A stretch of DNA of 64,000 nucleotides from assembly GCF_009834535.1 (NCBI RefSeq), contig NC_045696.1, positions 39,186,001 through 39,250,000 of the forward strand, in the 5' to 3' direction. The notes beneath the pieces are model-generated. The model did no database searches. It saw nothing but the letters and a program-made list of their open reading frames with translations, and was not told the origin of the DNA. Position numbers and translations under genes: made by a program. The stretch's first letter is position 1, and each line of letters begins with the position of its first letter. Positions 1 to 10,509 of the stretch are shown in pieces. Source of the DNA: Camelus ferus (Eukaryota).

Positions 1-482
1 CCATCAAAAGATAACTGCATTAAGAAGAAGTGGTATATATACAATGCAATGTTACTCAACCATAAAAAAGGATAAAATTTTGCCAATTGCAGCAATGTGG
101 ATGGACCTAGAGAATATTGTGCTTAGTGAAATAAATCAGACAGAGAAAGACAAATACTATATATCACTTATATGTTGAATCTTAAAATAATACAAATGAG
201 TATATATACAAAAGAGAAACAGACAGACATAGAAACCAACTTTTGGTTACCAAATGGGATAGAGAGGGAGAGGAGGGACAAATTAGGGGTATGGGATTAA
301 TAGATACAAACTACTATACATAAAATTGATAAGCAACAAGCATTTACTATATAGCACAGGGAATTATACTCAGTATCTTGTAATCACCTATAATGGAATA
401 TAATTTGCAAATATACTGACTCACTATGGTGTACACTTGATACTAACAGAATATTGCAAATTAACTATACTTCAATAAAAAA
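1..482 (+). mobile_element. LINE-1 3' end (end of ORF2 region and 3' UTR)
   Basis: Typical L1 3' motifs (ATGGACCTAGAGAATATTGTGCTTAGTGAAATAAATCAGACAGAGAAAGACAAATAC...CTATACTTCAATAAAA); similar to the copy at 33900-34334. Confidence 0.85.
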
Positions 483-1599
483 TTACCACTTGAAATTCCT
501 AATGACATAATTGATTCTGGCAAGGATAATCAAAGGATGCTATAAACCCTAGCAAAAATGTGAATGGGGGCAGGGAATATTTGCAAGGTGCTTAAGAATC
601 ATATCATTAATTACTTGCTAGATGTTAGGAAAAACACATAATTTTACAGTGGAGAGATCTGGCTATTACCTTAACCCACAGTTCACATCAAGCCTCAGTA
701 ATAATGAGACAGACGTTCCGGTGTGATGCAATATGAAGTGCATAACATCGTCTATGAAGTATTCTTCTCAAAAATGCTTAATCAAGCCTTTAGATATAAT
801 TTCCACTGGCAACAGAAAAATACAGGGAATAGGAAAATAAGTCAAACAAAGCCAATAGGCAAATCCAGAATGCGGAACCTTCCACAAGACAAATGAACAA
901 CTGGCTCATCTGTCCAACAAGTCATAGCCATTAGGGAGAAAAATGATTAACAATAAAAATAAAAACAAAAACAAGTAAATGAAGTGGAAAGAAATGAGAC
1001 AGCTCTGGATGAAAAGTTTTGATAGCTACAATAAATAAATACAATGCAGTGCTATAAAAGACAGTTTGAGAACAATTGGATAATTTTTAATATAGATGAA
1101 TTCCTAGATGGTATTGAGAGAACAGTATTAATCTTTCTGATGTCCAAATAGTATTGTGGGTGGGAAGGAAAATGTCCTTGTTTGTTAAGATGCAGTCTGA
1201 AGTGTTAAGCTGTGAAATACCATAATGTCTGTAATTTTTAGGAAAATATTTAATGTTTCTTTTTATAACATTATACCTATGTTTTTCCTTACAGGTGATG
1301 TATCTCATTTACCCCACAAAAATCCTATTTTGTGTTCTCTGTGCCAGCTTTCAGATGGCTTGAGCTAGATGTAAAAGTTATTTTATGTACAAAGTTAAAC
1401 TGCCCTCATCACAAATTGGTAACAGAATAATACATATCTCAAATTTGCTCACCCAAGACACCAAACCCTAACAAAAGAGCTTATCTGCCTTCCTTTGCAT
1501 AACGAAAATAGCTGACAGACAGATACTGAAAGTTATTATTAATGAGCCCTTGTTATCTGTCAAGTACAAGGTTAAGACTACACATTCATCCTCTCTTTT

Positions 1600-1760
1600 G
1601 ACTCTTGCAACAACCTGTAAATGCACATTATAACTTTCTTTTAAAATGAGGAAATCAAGGCTTAGAGAATTTAACTTACCGACCAAAGTATTAGAGAAAA
1701 GTCAGATTTGAATCCAAGTCTGTCTTTCCAAAGTCTATGCTCATAATCAACTCTGCTGCT
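1600..1760 (-). mobile_element. MIR SINE fragment
   Basis: ATGAGGAAATCAAGGCTTAGAGA...GATTTGAATCCAAGTCTGTCT resembles the reverse-complemented MIR core. Confidence 0.6.
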
Positions 1761-2573
1761 CTTCCTCTTGATGACTTCCTACCCATAGTGAACTGGGAGG
1801 ACATCAAGCATAGTTTCAATGGTGTATTGCTATATTGGGCATGGAACGTCTTTATTTTTCTCAAATAATCTCTTTACTTAAGAAAACAAATTTCCTCTTC
1901 CAGATAAATTAGAATTTACTAGTCAAACTATCTCCCAATGATTTTGTTTGTGATTGCATGTACTTTATAAAATGTATATATTAATTTGGGAAATTTACCT
2001 CCTTGACTAGATCAAGTCTTTTTGTTTAGATAAAATTACAGATTTCATATACTAAACAAATTTTATACTTCTCAGTAGTCTTTCATTTTTGCCAAATACA
2101 CATAGGTCAGGCGTATTTCTTGCTAAGTTTAATCAAAAATATAGAATTAGATAAATATGATTATGTGAATATGTGTATACATAATTATAGGTTTTTATGA
2201 AAATGACATAGCCAGGGAGATAACCCAAAAGTTTTTCAAACTAGTAACATAGGAAAATATGAATGATATGTTATTAAATTAAAAATCATTTGTGAAACAT
2301 TATGTGTAGCAATACTCTGATATTATTTATATATGTATAAATGTTTATTTAAATTAAGTGTATATAAATGTATATATAATTTCTGTAAATAAGTATACAG
2401 AGATATCATTCCATGGGTTAAAGGTAGAAGAAAAAAACCCAAAAAGTTAACATTTGGGTAGTAAGCAGTGATTAGTAAGATTACAGCAATTTGTTTTCTT
2501 TGTGCTTTCTACATTCTCAATTTTCTTCCTCAATTAAAATGTTACTTTTTATTTTTAAAAGAAAGAAACAAGC

Positions 2574-2957
2574 TGTGAAGGAAAAGCCGGGCTGGGCTAA
2601 CTCATATATCTAAGTTCATAAGTGTTAGTTTGGTAATTCCCTGCTCATGTTTTTTTTTTTTTTTTTTTTTTTTTTTCCTAGCCAGCTGGATTTTCAGAGA
2701 GACATATCTGGCCTTGAAATGTTGGTTTGCTGCCTCCCTGCCTCTACTTTCGTGATAATGATGCTGCTAAAGCTATTCCATGCCTATTGGCCAAATACCC
2801 CAAGCTTGTAATTAACCCTATAAAACCTCATCCGCACATCTTGGAGGTGCTCGAGCTTTGGAGCAGAAGCCCCTCTGAGACTGCCGGCGTAATAAATCTG
2901 AGTACTCCAACCCTCCGAGTGGTGCTTGTTTCTTGGCTGGCTTGTTGTTTCCATACA
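2574..2957 (+). repeat. 5' LTR
   Basis: Begins TGTGAAGG, ends CCATACA; TATAAAA near 2819 and AATAAA near 2891; direct repeat of 8466-8838. Confidence 0.95.
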
Positions 2958-2961
2958 TTTC

Positions 2962-2979
2962 TGGAGGCCCCAGCGAGAT
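2962..2979 (+). promoter_or_regulatory. Primer-binding site, tRNA-Thr(UGU)
   Basis: TGGAGGCCCCAGCGAGAT is complementary to the recalled tRNA-Thr 3' end ATCTCGCTGGGGCCTCCA and lies 4 nt after the 5' LTR. Confidence 0.85.
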
Positions 2980-3291
2980 TCAACAACGCCAGCCCCTTGA
3001 GCCGCTAGACTGGTGGCTCTGGCCGATGGGGGGACGGGACTCCGACAGCGAACGAGGTGGCGCCGCCCGATGGTATTCCGGGTTCTCTTTCATGATGGTG
3101 ACTTGGCCCCCCCGGGTGGCTGGGCTACAACCAGAGCCAGACTCGGTGGAGGGACAGACAGACTCACCAGGTGGCTGTCCGGAGAAGGTAGGAACCCCCT
3201 GGGAGAAATCAGGTCCTGCCCCAGTGGACAGAAGAGGAGGCTGATCCCCTCCTACAGGAAACAGGATATTGGGATTGGTGGGACTGTTGTT

Positions 3292-3296
<5 letters not shown>

Positions 3297-3322
<26 letters not shown>

Positions 3323-3323
3323 G
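3297..3323. repeat. (TG)n microsatellite in the proviral leader
   Basis: Run of TG dinucleotides. Confidence 0.95.
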
Positions 3324-4142
3324 AATGAATGTGTGGCCTGTGAAGCATGCAGTCAGGCTTGAGTTTGTAGCTCCATGGCATTCTGCTACAGAGTTTGAGT
3401 GAGTCCCAACCTGCAGTTCCATGGTGACCTCATATGGCTCAGGGCGGTATCAGTCCCTCAGGGTCCCGATCAGAGTCAGTGGCTTATACAGACCCACCAA
3501 AGCTAAGTGGCACTTTTGTCCCCGCGAGGGGAGTGGCCAGGCAGACACAGCGAAAACTCTCCCTTGTCTGTGACACCAGCACAGGGTGGCTACACTGGGA
3601 GGGAAAGAGACATAAAAGAGCCAATGAGTCAACGCCACCTGTGCCCTCAGAGGCTAGGATGCTATTTCTTCAAAAAAGTCTCCTACCTGGCTCTGTCATA
3701 GAACACCCGAGACTTATTGTTCCCCTATTGAACTGACCCAAGGAGTGCCCCTTTTGCCTAGCCTCAGACGCCCAGGAATTGAGTTTAGAAGATGGATTTC
3801 TTCAGGACTGGGCTCACCCAGCCTTGGATGTCCCCTTTCTAGTCCATTTGTCTTGCCATCAGCCGTCAGTCCCACGCCCTTGGTACGTTAGTTCAAGATA
3901 TAGAGAGGATTTAATGAGGAAGCCCCTGGAACTGCTTGAGGCCTTGAGCTCCAGAGACATCAGCTGTGACTGGAACCCAGACTCCCTGATGAAATTAACC
4001 TTCAAACAACTAATAGACCCAGCAAGAGAGTGGTCTTTCTGGGAACTCTGGTGTTTTGAAGAGTGAAGAAGGAAAAGATATAAAGGCTACCTTCCCAAAC
4101 ACCCAAAGCAACAGATGTATTATCCTTAAACATCTAGACAGA

Positions 4143-5545
4143 ATGGGAGGCTCGAAGTTGAAACCCACCACCCTAGGCTGCATGATGAAAAATTCCAGAA
4201 AGGGGTTCTCAGGAGACTATGGAGTTTAAGTAACCCCTGGCAGGTTCCACACTTTGTGTGAGCTTGAATGGCCAACCTTTGGAGTTGGGTGGCCTTCAAG
4301 AGGAACTCTGGACCTAGCAACAGTGCGAGCAGTCTATCGAATAATTACTGAAACCCCAGGCCACCCAGATCAATTCCCATACATTGACTCCTGGCTGAAT
4401 ATTGCCCAGACTCTACCCCCATGGATTCGGTTCTACTCAAATGGACCTGGACAATGCAAGGTATTAGCAGCTCAGCTGGTCCAGGCCAAAAAGACAGAGA
4501 AAAGCCTATTTTCCAGGGAGACACAGAGGACGAGATGTGCCTGCCCCCTCCATATGCCCCTGGGGCACCGACACCTCCAGTCCCATTGGAGACACCGCCA
4601 CCCTCTGTGTCACCACCTCCCCAACCTAAGGACCTAGAGGCAGAGCCCAGGCCCCAGCCTAGGAAGGAGGTAGGAAGGAGGCTCTGCTCAGCACAAGCTG
4701 GGAGACCAGCACCACCGGCCCTTCAAATGCCTCTGCGGGAGACACAAGTGCCACAGCACGTTGGGGAGGATGGGACTGCTCAGCCTGGACATCCTGTACT
4801 CTACTACCAACTCTTTAGCACTACAGACCTTCTCAATTGGCGCCATCATACTCCTTCCTATTCCGAAAAACCGCAGGCATTTCAATCACTTTATGGTCTA
4901 AACAGAATTAAGACAAAGAGCTTCCACAATAATAGCAGATGAAGAGCCACTGGTAAACTGATCAGGATTTTTGGCCTGCCCTCCAAAGAAAGGGAGCAGA
5001 AAGTGTCAGAGCGGGCTGCGGATGACATCAGGGGTGCCGGGCTGAGCAGTGACAGCGGGTGGAGCAGCGGCCACGGCCACCTGGTGGCGACAGCAGCATC
5101 AGCAGCAGCCTCTGCAGCCCCGGCACCGTCTCCACCTCAGCGGCCACCACTGCTGCTGCCATGGCAACTGTCGGGGAGCGCCGGCCCCTGCCCAGCCCCG
5201 AAGCGTTGCTGGGATAGTCATGGGGCTCTGTCGCGAAGACATGCCAATATTGGTCTGGGTCCAGCCCATGATGATTTCTACTTGGTGGTGTGTAATGACT
5301 GTAATCAGGTTGTCAAACCGCAGGCTCTCATTGACCTTGTAAAGTCTATCTTTCATTCTCACCGGCCCACCTGGGGAGATGTTCACCAGCTGCTTGTGAC
5401 TCTTCAAAATGGAGGAAAAGAGACACATTCTCACTGAAGCATGAAAATGGCTGCAAGGCCGAGCCCAGAGGGACACACTGGATGTTGAGGGGTGGGCCAT
5501 GACACAGGCCCCTGACACCAGACCAGATTACGACTTTATCTCAGA
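4143..5545 (+). pseudogene. gag: ERV gag (matrix, PPPY late domain, capsid N-terminus); stops, frameshifts, host insertion, 3' deleted
   Basis: MGGSKLKPTTLGCM...CELEWPTFGVGWP (matrix); LPPPYAP; FSTTDLLNWRHHTPSYSEKPQA / [16 protein letters not shown] (capsid, split by the insertion). Confidence 0.93.
4879..5325 (+). pseudogene. ATXN7: Captured spliced, circularly permuted ATXN7 (ataxin-7) 5' exons
   Basis: [47 protein letters not shown] and [22 protein letters not shown] match the ataxin-7 N-terminus. The residues that normally follow (FQSHY, here FQSLY) lie at the START of the insert (4879-4895). Confidence 0.95.
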
Positions 5546-7653
5546 GTCCTGACTCAGAATGTGGGGCCATGGCAGCACCCTGTGGCCTATTTGTCTAAAA
5601 GACTGGACCCTGTGGCATCAGGATGACCACCCTGTCTGCAGACCCTGGCTGCCACAGCCCTCCTGGTCAACGAAGCAGACAAACTCACCCTGGAACAGAC
5701 TTTAAATGTAAAAGTGCCCCACTCTGTTGTGGACCTGATGAACTGCCCAGGTTACAAATGGATAAATAACACAAGAATGACCCATTGCCAGGGGTTTCTA
5801 TGTAAAAATCCAAGAGTCTGTCTAGAGACTGTGCGAACCTTAAACCCAGCCACATATTTACCTGAAGGGGAAGGGTAGCCTAACCACAACTGTAAAAAAT
5901 CATCAAAGAAGAGTACGCGAGTAGGCCTGATCTAACTGACAAGCCCCTGCAAAACGCAGACCTAGAACTCTTCACAGCTGGCAGCAGTTGCGTGCAGGAT
6001 GGACAATGGCGAGCAGGTTACTCTGTAACAACAACATGAGAGATTATTAATAAAGGCAGAATCCCTTCCCCCAGGATGGTCTGCTCAGTGAGCAGAGACG
6101 TGGGCACTGGTCCAGGCACTAAGGGAAGGGAAAGGAAAACAAGTCAATATATACACTGATTCCAAATGTGCATTTGCAACCTTGCATGTACATGGAGCCA
6201 TCTATAAGCAGAGAGGACTTTTGACTGCTGGGGGAAAAAAATAAAAAACAAAGAAGAAATTTTACAGTTACTGGAGGCAGTATGGGATCCAAAGGAAGTG
6301 GCCGTTATTCACTGTAAGGGACACCAAAACTGGAAATAACCCTGTGAACCAGGGTAATAGTCTGGCTGATCAAAAGGCAAGAGAGGCAGCTGCCCTGGAA
6401 CACCCAGTAATGAAAATTATGGCAGCGCCAGAGCTACCCACTACCCTAGAATATTGCCACGATGAAAACAAGTGGGCACAGGCCGAACAAGGGAAGAAAG
6501 GAAAGGATGGATGGTGGATCATGATGGATGGAAGGGTTTTCATCCCAGAACGACTAGCTTATAGCATAGTCCGACAACAACACGAAGCCACACACATGGG
6601 AAAAACGGCTTTGTAGGCCCTGCTGAAGCGGTATTTCCTGATTTCTCGTCTCCCTACTCTGTGTGCATCAGTCTCCCAACACTGCTTGCTCTGTGCACAA
6701 AACAATCCAAAACAAGGGCCCACTGGGCCAATGGGAGTACAACGATGTGGATTGGCTCCCCTCAAAGATTTAGAAGTGGACTTTACTGAACTTGGGCCCA
6801 GTAAGGGATATAAGTACCTGCTGGTTTTTGTCTGCACCTTCACAGGGTGGGTGGAAGCCTACCTCACCAGGACAGAGAAAGCAAGGGAGGTGACAAAGGC
6901 CCTCCTCAGGGATGTCATCCCTCGGCCTGGAATGCCTACCTACATCAGGTCCGACAATGGACCCACCTTCGTGGTAGAGATTGTGCAGCAAGTGGCAAAG
7001 ACAGTGAGCACCCATTGGAACCTACACACAGCATACCGGCCTCAAAGCTCAGGGAAGTTAGAACGAATGAACAGAACTCTAAAAATAAATGATAGCTAAA
7101 ATCAGCCAAGAAACCCAGCTCCCCTGGGTGGACATTTTACCCCTGGCTCTGTTGTGAATTAGATACACCCCAAGACTTAATATTGGGTACTCTCCCTTTG
7201 AAATCCTCTGTGGGAAATCCCACCCTGGAGATAGGAAATTTAGGGTTCCACCAACAACTGTTGGGACTAGGACAAGGACTATGGGAAGTTTGGGGTTGGG
7301 TAATAGAGAGAACCCCCATTTCATTAGAAGTCCAAGTGCATCCCCATAAACCAGGTGACCGAGTATGGGTAAAGGATTGGAAAAAGGAACCTCTGAAACC
7401 AACATGGAAGGGACCATATTTAGTGGTATTAACTACCCCTACAGCTGTTATTAAAGTTGCAAGAATCATCCCTTGGATCCACCACTCCAGGGTTAAGAGA
7501 GCAACTTCACCTCGGACACAGGGTCCCTGGAGAATTGAGAGCGTCCCAGGAGGCCCACTCAAGATCAAGATCAAGAGAGACCAGAAAAAGATTGACGAGC
7601 CCTGCTCTAGCCACACCCAGAAGCTGACTAGTCAATGCACAGCCGCAGCTTGA
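5546..7653 (+). pseudogene. pol: ERV pol 3' half (RT connection, RNase H, integrase); protease and RT core absent
   Basis: [97 protein letters not shown]; several stops and frameshifts. Confidence 0.93.
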
Positions 7654-7849
7654 GGAAAGCTCAACAAAGCTGTTAAATGTATTCCTTTTGTGTCCCCTTG
7701 CCTCTTTCCTTGTTTGCTATACTAGACTGCGTATTAGCAGTGGGACTAGCCAGCACCATCCCATCTGACTGGAATGTAGGCCATAAGATCCTGATAGCTA
7801 TTTTATACCTTGTTATAATGAGTGCCATCACTGCAACATTTTGTCTAAG

Positions 7850-8440
7850 ACAATCATAAGGCTGATATTACTGACACTAATGCCCTCACTCCCCTTGCTA
7901 GTGGGGCTCAAAATGACAACAGGGATGGGCACAGGACTCGGTGGCATAGCCTCATCCTCTTACTACTATTATCAGCTTACAGGTGAGTTCAGCCAAGATC
8001 TCCAATGAACAGCAGAAACCCTGGGAGCTCTGCAAAATCAGATTGACTCTGGCCGAGGTGGTCTTACAAAACAGGAGGGGTCTGGACCTACTCATGGCCA
8101 AAGAGAGGGGACTATGCCTCTTCCTAAACGAAGAGTGCTGTTTTTATGCCAATGAATCAGGAATTGTCAGAGGGATGGTTCAAGAGTTACAAGACCGAGT
8201 GGAAAAGAGGAAACATATTTTAGACAAGAGCCCATGGACAGGCCCCTGGGGCTGGACCTCCTGGCTGGCACTGTTCATAAGACCCTTACTCCTGATTTTT
8301 GCAGTTCTGCTATTTGGGCCCTGTGTCCTAAACTTCCTGACCCACTTTGTCAGTGAGCGGGTAGAGGCTATAAAACACCAGATGTTAGCCTCCAATTATG
8401 AGCCCCTGCAGCAGGTGAAAAATGCTTACTCCAACAAGGG
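7850..8440 (+). pseudogene. env: ERV env remnant: TM subunit, with SU deleted
   Basis: Fusion-peptide-like PLLVGLKMTTGMGTGLGGIASS; immunosuppressive domain LQNRRGLDLL; CLFLNEECCF cysteine motif; membrane anchor LLIFAVLLFGPCVLN. Confidence 0.92.
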
Positions 8441-8453
8441 TTGTAAAAGCCTC

Positions 8454-8465
8454 AAGAGGGGGGAA
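8454..8465 (+). promoter_or_regulatory. Polypurine tract
   Basis: All-purine run (AAGAG...GGAA) abutting the 3' LTR. Confidence 0.9.
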
Positions 8466-8838
8466 TGTGAAGGAAAAGCCAGGCTGGGCTAACTCATAAA
8501 TGTAAATTAATAAGTGTCGGTTTGCTGATTCCCTGCTCATGCTTTTTTTTTTTTTTCCTAACCAGCTGGATTTTCAGAGAGACGTATCTGGTCTTGAAAT
8601 GTTGGTTTGCTGCTCTCTGCCTCTATTTTTGTGATAATGATGCTGCTAAAGCTATTCTATGCCTATAGGCCAAATACCCCAAACTTATAATTAACCCTAT
8701 AAAACCTCATGCACACGTCTTTGAGGTGTTCAGAGCTTTGGAGCAGAAGCCGCCCTGAGCCCGCCGGCATAATAAATCTGAGTACTCCAACCCTCCGAGT
8801 GGTGCTTGTTTCTTGGCTGGCCTGTCGTTTCTGTAACA
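8466..8838 (+). repeat. 3' LTR
   Basis: TGTGAAGG...CTGTAACA, roughly 90% identical to the 5' LTR by eye, followed by the AAGC TSD. Confidence 0.95.
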
Positions 8839-8849
8839 AAGCTATAAAA

Positions 8850-9146
8850 TTAATAGTTGTAAAAGGGTATGTTTGAAGTGATTTGCTGATTATTGTAAAG
8901 TGCCCAGTAGGTTGACTTTATTCTACAGGGAATCTTTTGATGGCACTGAGGGAATTTCAGTATCATCTTCACAAACAGATTTTAAGATAGGAGGATATAA
9001 ATACCACTTCCTTCAAAGTACATTTTCCAAGAAATTTAATTTGCAATGAATAATTGCCTTGATACTTTCATTCTTGTACCTTGAATACTCCATGAAAATC
9101 TATATTTTATGGCAACTCTGGATCTTCATATAGGAATTAGGTGAGA
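8850..9146 (+). promoter_or_regulatory. Putative promoter and non-coding first exon of OR gene 1
   Basis: TGCCCAGTAG (8901) plus O/E-like TTCTACAGGGA; candidate donor AG/GTGAGA at 9141; paralogous to blocks upstream of the other ORs. Confidence 0.55.
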
Positions 9147-10035
9147 ATGCAGTGCTTTATTTCATTGTCATTATTCTTTCCATGAAATGTGATAATATAT
9201 CATTTTAGTACCAAAATTCTCTCATGAGTTGTCAATATATCTGTAAAAAAAAATTTCAGCATGATTTATCTAACAAATGGAATAGAAAGTAATCTGGAAC
9301 TGAGTGGTTAAATAAATATTATATTTAATCTTCTGAATCTTTCTGGATACAAAATTATATATCTGTAGAATGAAGATTTGGACTCACAGTCTTACATAAG
9401 ATGTTTGTGTGCTTAACTGCTTTGTTCTGCTATATACTAAATAGCAAAGAAGAGTCATAGTCTCATAGACTGTGGGCAGATGTTCCTTAGAAAATGTAGT
9501 ACTTTACAGATGAGAACCTTAAAACAAGGTCATAATTGGTTTAGGCATAATCATTCAGTAATTTAGAGATGGAACTGACTCATAGCTTCAGAAATATTGT
9601 TACATTCCTTTGAACATTTTCTTTGCCAGGATAATGAGTTATAGAACCAATCTGTTTCATACTCTGTGTCTTTAAAAGTAGCATTCATTCTGGCCTTTAC
9701 TATACTTTCACAGAATCCAGGTTTTCCAACAGTGTAGAATAATAGGGTTATGGGGCTTTTAAGAGCAGTCTATGCATTTGTCCTCAGCCTTGTCCTTGAT
9801 TAGATCATACTTCTCTGCAAATATGCAGAAAGAGTTCCCCACATCTGCCCAGAACCATACTTCATTATTATATTCTAGGCAGAATGTAAAACAAGAAAAA
9901 TGCGATCCTTTCAGCGATTTAACCACAGTGTGCTCACTCAATAATTACTGCCAATGTTACCAGCCTCTCCTTTTTGTACTTTTTAAAGTCTAATATAAAT
10001 ATCAAACAATCATTTTCTCTTTTCCTGTTCTCTAT

Positions 10036-10509
10036 TGTGAAAGAAAAATACTGCAAACCATATCAGTAAACAAAGAATGCTGAAACCATCAAGCCATCAG
10101 TAGCTACTGCCACCCCCCCAGTGAAGACAAGCCTGAGCCCAGCCTCTGCAGCCACTAACAATGATGCACCCTGGGGGGGACTCAGAATAAGAAAGGACAG
10201 GATACTGGCCCTAGATAGCTAGATGCATGTCAAAGGAATGAATTCAATGAACCCAAATGTTTGCTTCCTCCCCTACATAGAAAAGCACTAAATTCTTTAA
10301 CTTGAGATGCCTGGTTTGCTTTAGTTAACAAGTAACCTTTTATTGTTCCAAGGTCTTTGTTGTAAAGCTCCTATATATCCTAGCTCCTTCCCTACCTTTT
10401 TGGAGCAGTCCCTCAGAGTGATCTGAGAGGCTGTCATCCCAGCTTGAGTCCTCCTGTCAAATAAAACCTAACTCTTAACTTTTAGGCTGTGCATTTATTT
10501 CAGTCGACA
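10036..10509 (+). mobile_element. Solo LTR (ERV1-type), unrelated to the upstream provirus LTRs
   Basis: TG...CA ends, 4-bp TSD CTAT (10032-10035 and 10510-10513), TATA-like box near 10372 and AATAAA near 10459. Confidence 0.85.

Larger units (their letters stand above)
2574..8838 (+). mobile_element. Defective class I (gamma-like, ERV1) endogenous provirus with two LTRs and deleted gag/pol/env
   Basis: Paired TG...CA LTRs, 4-bp TSD AAGC (2570-2573 and 8839-8842), primer-binding site, polypurine tract, and gag, RNase H/integrase and env TM motifs in the correct order. Confidence 0.97.

Noticed and set aside
2727..3736. Overlapping ORFs in the LTR and leader
   Set aside because: GC-rich non-coding viral sequence with a TG repeat; no recognisable protein motifs.
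4868..5325. ATXN7 insert as an ordinary L1-made processed pseudogene with an 11-bp TSD
   Set aside because: No poly(A), the exon order is permuted, and the repeated 11-mer is itself ATXN7 coding sequence.
5003..5437. Genuine ATXN7 gene exon
   Set aside because: Intronless, deleted, frameshifted, lacks ATG and is embedded in gag.
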